A stretch of 64,000 nt of DNA from Thermodesulfobacteriota bacterium (lineage in GTDB: Bacteria; Desulfobacterota; Binatia; UBA9968; JAJDTQ01): NCBI GenBank assembly GCA_965116735.1, contig OZ220712.1:3265680-3329679 (forward strand), in the 5' to 3' direction. The notes beneath the pieces were generated by a model that was not told where the DNA came from, made no database searches, and saw only the letters and a program-made list of their open reading frames with translations. Made by a program: the position numbers and the translations under genes. The stretch's first letter is position 1, and each line of letters starts with the position of its first letter. This document shows positions 8,876 through 18,905 of the stretch, piece by piece.

Positions 8876-9868
8876 ATGGCAAGAGTGAGCATCACCGTCG
8901 CCTGTTGGGACTATGACCGGACGCGCCCCTTGCAGGAGGGCCGCGTGCCGGTGGAGGGGGTCGACCTGACCTACCTGCCGTTCCGCGTGGAGGAAACCTT
9001 CTGGCGCATGCTGCGCTACCAGGACTTCGACGCCGCCGAGATGTCCATGGGCTCCTACATGATGTCGCGGGACAAGGGCACGCCGCGGTTCGTGGCGATC
9101 CCGGTATTTCCCTCCCGCGCGTTCCGGCACTCCGGCATCTACATCCATACCGGCTCGGGCATCAAGGAAGCCGCCGACCTCACCGGCAAGCGGGTGGGCG
9201 TCCCCGAGTACCAGATGACGGCGGCCATCTGGCAACGCGGCATCCTGCAGCACGAGTACGGCGTCGATCTCGAGAAGGTGAACTGGTTCACCGGCGGCGA
9301 AGAGACGCCCGGACGGGAGGAAAAGCTCCGTCCCGACCTGCCCGAGACCCTCTCCATCACTCCCATCGGCCCGGGCCAGACCCTCTCCTCCATGCTGGAG
9401 AACGGCGACATCGACGCCCTGATCTCGGCCCACATGCCGTCGCCGTTCGTGCGCCGCTCGCCCAAGGTTGGGCGGCTGTTCCCGGACTTCCGCTCGGTGG
9501 AGGAAGACTACTTCCGCAAGACGGGCATCTTCCCGATCATGCACACCGTCGTCTTCCGGGAAGACGTGTACGAGCGCCACCCATGGGTGGCACAGAACCT
9601 CTACAAGGCCTTCTGCGAGTCCAAGCGCCTCTGCGCCGAGGCCATGTACGAATATTCGGCGCTCAAGTACATGCTGGCCTGGTCCATCGAGCAGATGGAG
9701 AAGGAGAAAGAGGTCCTGGGACCCGATGCCTGGGCCTACGGACTGGAGCCCAACCGCCATGTCCTGGAGACGCTGGTGGGCTACGCCCACGAGCAGGGCC
9801 TCACCAAGCAGCGGCTCGAGGTGGATAGCCTGTTCGCGCCGAGCACGCTGAACGAGTTCAAGGTGTAG
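8876..9868 (+). CDS. NMT1/THI5-like protein (4,5-dihydroxyphthalate decarboxylase-like family)
   Basis: MARVSITVACWDYDRTRPLQEGRVPVEGVDL...GIFPIMHTVVFRE pattern typical of this family; start moved to internal ATG at 8876. Confidence 0.55.
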   Translation: MARVSITVACWDYDRTRPLQEGRVPVEGVDLTYLPFRVEETFWRMLRYQDFDAAEMSMGSYMMSRDKGTPRFVAIPVFPSRAFRHSGIYIHTGSGIKEAADLTGKRVGVPEYQMTAAIWQRGILQHEYGVDLEKVNWFTGGEETPGREEKLRPDLPETLSITPIGPGQTLSSMLENGDIDALISAHMPSPFVRRSPKVGRLFPDFRSVEEDYFRKTGIFPIMHTVVFREDVYERHPWVAQNLYKAFCESKRLCAEAMYEYSALKYMLAWSIEQMEKEKEVLGPDAWAYGLEPNRHVLETLVGYAHEQGLTKQRLEVDSLFAPSTLNEFKV

Positions 9869-9908
9869 GGGACCCCGGCTCCAAGGTTGTAGGGGCGGGA
9901 GGCAACGC

Positions 9909-10256
9909 TCACCTTTCGGTATGGAGGGCTACGCTAGATTTGTTGCCGCGCGTCTCTCTCTCGAATGGTGCAACCTCGATCTCGCCCGCCCGCCCGCGGG
10001 TCTTGGCGATGTCGTAACTGTTCTGCATACGCATGAGGGTGTCCATCGACACGCCGAATGCCTTCTCAATTCGCAACGCCATCTCCGGCGACAAGCGCGC
10101 TCGCTCGTTCAGGACGGCCGACAGCGCCGCCCGCGTGACGCCCAGCGCCTTCGCCGCCCGAGTCACCGTCAGATCAAGAGCCTCGATGATCTCGTGTTTC
10201 ACGAACTCGCCAGGATGGACGGGGCTCTTCATTCGGAAGCCGTGTACCGGTTTCAT
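9909..10256 (-). CDS. higA: HigA-family antitoxin (XRE-type HTH)
   Basis: HTH core LTVTRAAKALGVTRAALSAVLNERARLSPEMALRIEKAF; 10 bp downstream of higB with GAGAGG RBS. Confidence 0.7.
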   Translation of the reverse strand: MKPVHGFRMKSPVHPGEFVKHEIIEALDLTVTRAAKALGVTRAALSAVLNERARLSPEMALRIEKAFGVSMDTLMRMQNSYDIAKTRGRAGEIEVAPFERETRGNKSSVALHTER

Positions 10257-10265
10257 GTCTACCTC

Positions 10266-10556
10266 TCAGTGATAATCCTCGTAGTTGAGGTCGACGATCT
10301 CCATCCCGTCCCGATCGATCCAGAACGCGAGCCGCCAGTTCGCGGTAACGGCCAGACTCCAGATGCCCCTGCGATCCCCGCTCAGCCTGTGTGCCCTCCA
10401 ACCCGGCACGGTCCGCAACTCTTCCTCCCGTTCCATGTCCTGGAGGAAAGAAACGATGCGCCGGAGCTTCGGAGCAAATGCGGGCTGTACTCCGGCGGCA
10501 TCATCTTCCTCAATGAGCCGACGCAGCCCCCTGTGGACCACGTTCCTGATTTTCAT
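10266..10556 (-). CDS. higB: HigB-family toxin (RelE/ParE superfamily)
   Basis: C-terminus ...WSLAVTANWRLAFWIDRDGMEIVDLNYEDYH matches the HigB signature ending LNYEDYH; start set at internal Met (MKIRNVVHRGL). Confidence 0.7.
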   Translation of the reverse strand: MKIRNVVHRGLRRLIEEDDAAGVQPAFAPKLRRIVSFLQDMEREEELRTVPGWRAHRLSGDRRGIWSLAVTANWRLAFWIDRDGMEIVDLNYEDYH

Positions 10557-10840
10557 CCCCCATGTTAGCTGGTACGGCCGTATAGTGTCAAGATACACTT
10601 TCCATCACGCTCGTTACGCGACTACCCTGCCGTGGCTGAGGTGGTCCTGGTTTGTCGGACAGGAAGGCGGCAGAAATAAGGTTTATTCTAAAGTTATCGA
10701 GCATGCCGCGAAGGTCCTGTTTAACCGGCACCCGCCGCATGTGTTATATTCTATTGGATTGGGCACCGTGGGTGCCGGATGGTGCTGGGGTATTGAAGCT
10801 GAACGATGCCCGGGGCGCCGAAAACTGTTCCAAGGACGCC

Positions 10841-11431
10841 ATGTCCGACCCCGAGAAACCCGACGTCGAAGCCCCCGCCACGGAAACAAGGGATTCCGTC
10901 GGCGAGCCGGACGCCTCCGTCCAGGAGGTGAAGTGGTGGATCGACACCGGAACCAAGCGCCAGCCGGAATCCGGTGAACGGGCCCCCATCGGCGTGATCG
11001 AGCGCTGGGCCTTCGAGCTGCTGAAGGACTACCGGCAGGAGCGGGCGCTCCAGAACATCGTCGACATCAACGGCCAAGTCCTGCGGCAGCTCTCCGACAA
11101 CGAGGACCGCTGGGTGTACGTCTCCCTGGGCGTCGGCGAGTTCCCCCAGAAACGCCTCAACTACATCAAGGATGCGCTGAGGATACCGCGCTACGCCCGC
11201 GCCCTGGCCATCGACGCCGGCTACTCCGTCCGCATCCTCATCACCGGCAACCCCCCGGGCGAGAAGGTCCTGGACATCAACTTCACCGAGGCGCCGTCCC
11301 TGGACTACTGGACCAACGGCGAGCTCATCGAGGAGCAGATGTTCCGCTCCATCGACGACGCCCTCAAGCGCCTGCGGAACTCGGTTCACCGGTACCTGCG
11401 CAAGAGCGCGCCCGAGGAGACGCCCGCGTAA
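10841..11431 (+). CDS. hypothetical protein (upstream partner of tandem AAA ATPase)
   Basis: 196 aa from ATG at 10841 (MSDPEKPDVEAPAT...); no motif recognised; AT-rich upstream region with inverted repeat ggcaccgtgggtgcc. Confidence 0.5.
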   Translation: MSDPEKPDVEAPATETRDSVGEPDASVQEVKWWIDTGTKRQPESGERAPIGVIERWAFELLKDYRQERALQNIVDINGQVLRQLSDNEDRWVYVSLGVGEFPQKRLNYIKDALRIPRYARALAIDAGYSVRILITGNPPGEKVLDINFTEAPSLDYWTNGELIEEQMFRSIDDALKRLRNSVHRYLRKSAPEETPA

Positions 11432-11649
11432 CGGCCGCCCGTAACGCGCGCCGGTGTTCGCGCAGCCGTCCTCCAGAACCGCCATACTCCGAGCCGCTAA
11501 CCCCGCCGCGGTGTCGACACCACCTACGGGCGAGGACACCTGAAGACGCGTCAACACGAAAAGTCTGCATCCGGACAGCCACGTACGTCCGAATCTGACG
11601 CATGACATTATTAGAGTTCTCCCACGAGAGTCTCGAACAAGGGGATGTC

Positions 11650-13737
11650 ATGCCGTCCGCCTATGAACGCCGTCTCGTCCTTTTCTATCTGTCGAACGCT
11701 GTCTCGCGGCTCCGTGGCCGCGACGAGGAGGCGTCGCACTTGGTGCAGTGGCTCCGGCAACATGAGGAGGAGCTGCGGTTTCGCTACCCGACAAGGCCGG
11801 ACGACATCGCCGAAGGAGCGATACAACACGGTTTGCGAGACCGGGAAGTATCCACGCCGGAGTGGCAACGTTTAGGAGAGGTCCTGAGAAACGCCTGGGC
11901 GGCGGCAAGGCCCGCGCACCCTGACAGGACGGCGCGGCGCATTCGGCGCCTGGCAAAGCTCACGTGTCTTTCCCGGACCGACGCAGTAATCCTGGAACTG
12001 GCGCTGCGCCATCAAACGGGCTCCCTGGTCGGTTCGTTGATCGACGACATTGGCGAACGCACCCAATGGAATAGAAGAGGCTTCAGGCTGGGGAACCCCG
12101 TGCTCCCAAGCTTGCTTGGCCTTTCTGCCGGCACGGTCCACGGCCGGTTTGCGCCCGACGCCCCTCTCGTGAGTTCGGGACTATTGTCCATCGACGACGA
12201 CGGCGATGTGACGCTCCTCGACCGTTTGACCCGGCTGCACTGGCTTCCGAAGGAGGCCGGTTCCGACGTGCCGCGCCTGCTGCTGGACGAGGCCGGCCCC
12301 GGCGAGCTTTGCTGGACCGATTTCGACCACGTTGCCGGCGATCGCGATCATCTCGAACGGATTCTGAGCGGGGCGTTTCGATGCAACCAAAAAGGCGTCA
12401 ACGTCCTCGTCTACGGGCCGCCGGGGACCGGCAAGACCGAGTTCTGCAAGACCCTTGCCGCCCGCCTCGAAGCGCCGCTCTACGTGGTCGGCGAAACGGA
12501 TGCCAACGGTGGCGAGCCTACCCGAAGCGAGAGGATGCAGGAGTTGCGGCTCGCGCAACGCCTGCTAGCCGGAAACTGTCGATCCATCCTGCTCTTCGAT
12601 GAGATGGAGGACCTGCTCTCCTTGCAGGGAGGGTTGCTGGCGGGACTGTTCGGCTCGCGCCGTGTCCCCGCGCGTTCGGCCGAGGGCTCGAAGGTGTTCA
12701 TGAACCGCCTTCTGGAGCAGACTCCGGTACCGATCCTGTGGACGTCGAACGCTGCCCGGTGGACCAGTCCCGTTCTCTTGCGCCGAATGATGTTCGCCCT
12801 GGAACTGCGCCAACCCCCGCCCAAGGTCCGGGCGCGGATCTGGGCGCGGCACCTCGCCCACCATGGGATCGAGTCGACCGAGGAAGATGTCCATGCCCTG
12901 TCACGGGAGTTCGACGTAACGCCGGGCGTGGCCGCCGGGGTCACCGCCGCGGCCCGGCTCGGCAGCGGGACCCTGGCGGACGTGCGCCGCGGCGTGCGCG
13001 GACTGGCGCGGGTGCTGTCCGGCGACACGCCGCCAACTCAACGGACGCCGGGCAGGTACGATCCCGAGTTGATCCGCGCCGACGTGGACCTGATTCAACT
13101 CGCGGACTGCCTCGTCGAAAGCGGCGCGCGCCACTTCTCGCTATGCCTGCAAGGACCACCGGGAACCGGCAAGAGCGCATTCGCCCGGCACCTCGCCGAC
13201 CGGCTCGGGCTCGAAGTCATCCAGAAACGTGCCTCCGATCTCATGTCGATGTGGGTCGGGAGCACCGAAAGAAACATCGCCGAAGCCTTTGCCGAGGCCC
13301 GCGACGCCGAGGCATTCCTGGTCTTCGACGAAGCCGATTCACTGCTCGCCGACCGCCGCCTCGCCCACGGAAACTGGGAGGTGAGTCAAGTGAACGAGAT
13401 ACTGACCTGGATGGAAGGCCACCCGTTTCCCTTCGCCTGCACGACGAATTTCGGCGAACGCCTAGACCCGGCCACCCTGCGGCGGTTCACGTTCAAGGTC
13501 GCGCTCGACTATCTGTCGCCGGAGCAGGCAAGGGTAGCGTTCCGTGTCTACTTTGGGATCGAACCCCCAGCCGAGGCCGCTGGCCTAACCGCGCTGACTC
13601 CGGCCGACTACGCCGTCGTGCGCCGGAAGGCAGAGATCCTCCGTTGCCTGAGCGACACAGGAGCGCTCGCAGCAATGCTGCGGGCGGAAGGCCAGGCGAA
13701 GCCGGGGCGGCTGCAGGTGGTCGGATTTCGGACGTGA
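11650..13737 (+). CDS. tandem AAA+ ATPase (two classical-clade AAA modules after an unknown ~270-aa N-domain)
   Basis: Walker A VLVYGPPGTGKTEF and CLQGPPGTGKSAF; Walker B ILLFDEMED and FLVFDEADSL; AAA signature SDLMSMWVGSTERNIAEAFAEAR; arginine-finger-like LLRRM / ATLRRF; AGGGGA RBS before the ATG at 11650. Confidence 0.75.
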   Translation: MPSAYERRLVLFYLSNAVSRLRGRDEEASHLVQWLRQHEEELRFRYPTRPDDIAEGAIQHGLRDREVSTPEWQRLGEVLRNAWAAARPAHPDRTARRIRRLAKLTCLSRTDAVILELALRHQTGSLVGSLIDDIGERTQWNRRGFRLGNPVLPSLLGLSAGTVHGRFAPDAPLVSSGLLSIDDDGDVTLLDRLTRLHWLPKEAGSDVPRLLLDEAGPGELCWTDFDHVAGDRDHLERILSGAFRCNQKGVNVLVYGPPGTGKTEFCKTLAARLEAPLYVVGETDANGGEPTRSERMQELRLAQRLLAGNCRSILLFDEMEDLLSLQGGLLAGLFGSRRVPARSAEGSKVFMNRLLEQTPVPILWTSNAARWTSPVLLRRMMFALELRQPPPKVRARIWARHLAHHGIESTEEDVHALSREFDVTPGVAAGVTAAARLGSGTLADVRRGVRGLARVLSGDTPPTQRTPGRYDPELIRADVDLIQLADCLVESGARHFSLCLQGPPGTGKSAFARHLADRLGLEVIQKRASDLMSMWVGSTERNIAEAFAEARDAEAFLVFDEADSLLADRRLAHGNWEVSQVNEILTWMEGHPFPFACTTNFGERLDPATLRRFTFKVALDYLSPEQARVAFRVYFGIEPPAEAAGLTALTPADYAVVRRKAEILRCLSDTGALAAMLRAEGQAKPGRLQVVGFRT

Positions 13738-13949
13738 ACAACGAAACAATAAGGGAGATATGGGTTGTAAAGGAAAAAGTTTTCTTTTGTGCCAAAGATA
13801 ATAGATTGTGGTGACATCCGTGCTGTCACCTGGATCCCAGGCCGTAGGGCAGCATGGGGGAACAGGCCGGGCCACATCGCGTTGGGACTTGGCGAGGCCA
13901 GTGACGTTGCTTCAGAGCGCCTATCGAACCCACGAAGGAGGTGCAGGAC

Positions 13950-14537
13950 GTGTCCACCGCTTACGATCTACATTGGAAGTCGATCCCCATGCGACCAGTA
14001 CCGCGTGATTATTGGAATAACTGGTACCGGACCTACCTCGGCCGGGGCGTCTACCTCTGGGTGCTGGCTACCACCGATGGCAACTACGTGGGTTATTACG
14101 TTGGCAAGTCGGACGACATCGGTAGTCGTTGGTGGAAACATTTACATGATTTCCCGGGGTACTACCTACCTACAAACGTAAGGGCGTTCCTTGAGAATCC
14201 GGTAGCGGAGTTCAACAACAACGCCGTCGAGAGGGGTCTTCCTCAAAGGCGAAAAACCGTACAGACCATGTTGAACGACACTTGGTTCTGCTGGGCCGAA
14301 GTGACCTGTCGGCCATGGCACCGGACCGAGAACGTGGAGTACGTGTTGCAGGAAGGGCTCAAGATACACGCGGGGATCACAGTAGACGGGTATATCGGCG
14401 ATGCGGGCGCCCGTTATCCTCCGACTTCTGCACTCGCGATCCACAACCGCTTCGGACGGGACTTCCTGGTTCCTGTGCTTCCTGCGACGATCATCTTCAC
14501 GGTCGATGGCGGGGTACAACATATTGAGGTTGCGTAG
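13950..14537 (+). CDS. GIY-YIG nuclease-like domain protein
   Basis: GVYLWVLATTDGNYVGYYVGKSDDIGSRWWKHL fits the GIY..YIG..R..H pattern; AGGAGG RBS 9 nt before a GTG at 13950. Confidence 0.55.
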   Translation: MSTAYDLHWKSIPMRPVPRDYWNNWYRTYLGRGVYLWVLATTDGNYVGYYVGKSDDIGSRWWKHLHDFPGYYLPTNVRAFLENPVAEFNNNAVERGLPQRRKTVQTMLNDTWFCWAEVTCRPWHRTENVEYVLQEGLKIHAGITVDGYIGDAGARYPPTSALAIHNRFGRDFLVPVLPATIIFTVDGGVQHIEVA

Positions 14538-14671
14538 AAGGCACGCTGCTGCTGCAATGGCAAGGTAGAGACGTCGGGCCTACCGCCGCCGACGCGAAAT
14601 CCCTCGCCGGTGCAAATACTCGTACAAACGATCGGGAGCACCCGCAACAACGCGGCAAGCGGAGACATCCA

Positions 14672-14881
14672 GTGCGTCACGAACGCCTCATAGAACTCCT
14701 CCGCCTAGCCATCCGACTTCAAGGAAGCTCCGATGGCGTAACCCTCGTTGACATACAGGAAGAGTTCTCCGTTAGCCGACGTACTGCCGAGCGGATGCGG
14801 GATGCCGTCGAGGCCGCCTTCGGGCCATTGGAGACGGTTGAGACGGACACTGGCGACCGCCATATACATTGGCGGCTTTAG
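14672..14881 (+). pseudogene. truncated N-terminal wHTH of a WYL-type (BrxR/CapW/PafBC-like) regulator
   Basis: MRHERLIELLRLA...VSRRTAERMRDAVEAAFGP resembles HTH_11 of WYL regulators but ends after 69 aa with no WYL domain downstream. Confidence 0.45.
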
Positions 14882-15051
14882 CCGAACGTCCTCGCACAGC
14901 CGTTCGCACAACAACTGCTGCAGCGCACTTGCGTTGATAGGCATCACAGTAACCTCGGCTGATCTTCCGCAGCCGGTCATGCTGCGCGACTCAAACCTGA
15001 TCTAGAATCGACACTGGCTGGGACTAATATGGGCCTGTCCAGGCCACCGCC

Positions 15052-16161
15052 TCACCCCCCGGCGGCACCCCGCCGGATGGTGCCGGGGCGCATGGGGAAG
15101 GGGACGGAGCTGGTGATCTCCAGGCCGTAGCCGGACAGGCCGACGAGGTTTCTGGGGTTGTTGGTGACGAGCTTGAGCTTGCGGATGCCCAGGTCTCTGA
15201 GGATCTGGGCGCCGATGCCGAAGTCGCGGAAGCTCCTTTCCTCTCTGGCTTCCGCGGTGCGCAGGCCCTTGCCTTCGGGCTGGAGGTAGAGCAGCACGCC
15301 GGCGCCTTCCCGGGCGATGAGCTCCAGGGACTGCTTGATGACCGACCCGGTGTCGAAGAACTCGAAGCCGAAAACGTCGCCGGGAAGGAACTTGGTGCAC
15401 ACCCGCACCAAGGTCTCGCGGTCCTCGGAGATCTCTCCCTTGATGAGCGCCAGGTGCTCGCTGGAGTCCACGTGGGTGTTGTAGACCACGGCCTCGAACT
15501 CGCCGCCGTAGCGGGTGGGCAGCCGGGTGGTGGCGACCCGGTGGATCAGCGAGTCGTGCTTGAGGCGGTACTGGATCAGGTCCGCGATGGTGCAGATCTT
15601 GAGGTCGTACTTTTCACCGAACTCCTCCAGGTCCGGCAGCCGCGCCATGGTGCCGTCGTCCTTCATGATCTCGCAGATCACGCCGGCGGGCTTGAGCCCC
15701 GCGAGCCGGCACAGGTCCACGGAGCCCTCGGTCTGGCCCGTGCGCACCAGCACGCCGCCGTTGCGGGCGCGCAGCGGAAAGATGTGCCCGGGCGTACACA
15801 GATCGCCGGGGCCGGCGTCGTCGGCGATGGCGGCGAGGATGGTCTCGGCGCGGTCGGACGCCGAGATGCCGGTGGTGACGTTCTTGACGCCGTCGATGGA
15901 AACGGTGAACGCGGTGCCGAAGGGCGCGGTGTTGTCCCGCACCATCATGGTGAGGCCGAGCTCGGCGACCTTCTCCTCGGTGAGGGGCAGGCAGATCAGA
16001 CCCCTTCCCCAGGTGGCCATGAAATTGATGGCCTCCGGCGTGACCAGTTCCGCCGCCATGGTGAGGTCGCCCTCGTTCTCGCGGTTCTGGTCATCCATCA
16101 GGATGACCATCCTGCCTTGGCGGATGTCTTCGAGGGCTTCTTCGATGGTGGCTACGGGCAT
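15052..16161 (-). CDS. ribBA: bifunctional DHBP synthase / GTP cyclohydrolase II-like protein (C-terminal domain apparently degenerate)
   Basis: N-terminal RibB domain well conserved (ENEGDL, ATWGRGLICLP); C-terminal RibA-like domain lacks the zinc-ligand cysteines (VRVCTKFLPGDVFGFEFFDTG instead of HSECLTGD...RCDCG). Confidence 0.75.
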   Translation of the reverse strand: MPVATIEEALEDIRQGRMVILMDDQNRENEGDLTMAAELVTPEAINFMATWGRGLICLPLTEEKVAELGLTMMVRDNTAPFGTAFTVSIDGVKNVTTGISASDRAETILAAIADDAGPGDLCTPGHIFPLRARNGGVLVRTGQTEGSVDLCRLAGLKPAGVICEIMKDDGTMARLPDLEEFGEKYDLKICTIADLIQYRLKHDSLIHRVATTRLPTRYGGEFEAVVYNTHVDSSEHLALIKGEISEDRETLVRVCTKFLPGDVFGFEFFDTGSVIKQSLELIAREGAGVLLYLQPEGKGLRTAEAREERSFRDFGIGAQILRDLGIRKLKLVTNNPRNLVGLSGYGLEITSSVPFPMRPGTIRRGAAGG

Positions 16162-16226
16162 GGGTTCCTATTTAGCATCTCCACGGGCGGGGGCAAAGAT
16201 GACGTTTGACGCGCCATGCCGGACAC

Positions 16227-16251
16227 GGGCGGGTTTGAAACCCGCCCCTAC
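16227..16251. repeat. REP-like palindrome gggcgggtttgaaacccgcccctac
   Basis: Exact 25-mer in the ribBA-pyrF gap. Confidence 0.8.
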
Positions 16252-16294
16252 ATGGGCGTGGGCGAATACGACGGCCGATGCGACCGCGTGAACA

Positions 16295-17025
16295 CTAGGC
16301 GCCGCCGTTCATCTCCGCCACCACCGACCTGGCCGCCTCGACCGGGTCGTCCGCTCCGGTGATGGGCCTGCCGACGACGATGTAGTCGATGCCGGCGGCC
16401 ACGGCGTCGCCAGGGGTCATGACCCGCTTCTGATCGCCGGCCTGCTGGCCGGCGGGCCGGATGCCCGGTGTCACCAGCAGGAAGGAGTCGCCACAGGTGC
16501 GCCGGATGTCCGGGACCTCCTGAGCCGAGCAGATGACACCCGCGAGGCCCGCCTCCTGGGCCATACGGGCCAGTCGAACGACATAGGCGGACACGCCTCC
16601 CTGTATCCCCAGCGCCTCAAGATCCGAATCGTCCAGGCTGGTCAGGACCGTCACCCCCAACACCGCCGGCCGTCGCAGGCCTTCATTCTCGCACACTTCC
16701 TCGACGGCCGCCGCAGTCTGACACATCATGTCGCGGTAGCCGGAGATGTGAATGTTGAACAGTTTGACCCCAAGGCGGGTGGCTTCCACGGCCGCCTCAG
16801 CCACGGTGTTGGGAATGTCGTGGAACTTGAGGTCCAAGAACACCTCGCCGCCCAGGTCGTGGATCATGCGGACGATGTCCGGGCCGGAGTTCACGAAGAG
16901 CTGCTTGCCGACCTTGAACATGCCCACTTCCGGCGCCAGCAACGTCGCGAGGGTCCTCGCCTTCGCGGCGTCGGCCAGATCCAGGGCCACTATCAGCCTC
17001 TGCTTCACTTCGGATGTCGTAGCGT

Positions 17026-17029
<4 letters not shown>
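16295..17029 (-). CDS. pyrF: orotidine 5'-phosphate decarboxylase
   Basis: 244 aa MNATTSEVKQRLIVALDLAD...FKVG...DLKFHDIPNTV; the 605-aa track ORF is an in-frame upstream extension; ATGA overlap with proS stop. Confidence 0.85.
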
Positions 17030-18780
<1,751 letters not shown>

Positions 18781-18829
18781 GGGATCACTTATAGGAAGCG
18801 CCTCGGGGGCTGTCAAATTCCGGGTCGCC

Positions 18830-18905
18830 CGCCCTCACCCCGGCCCTCTCCCAGAGGGAGAGGGAGTCGGAGGCGCCGTCACTCTGGGGCTGTCCCGGAG
18901 GGAGA
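18830..18905. repeat. dispersed hairpin repeat, two partial copies at proS / RND permease junction
   Basis: caccccggccctctcccagagggagaggg... and ...cccggagggagagggggtcggagg; encodes the permease C-terminal tail. Confidence 0.65.
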
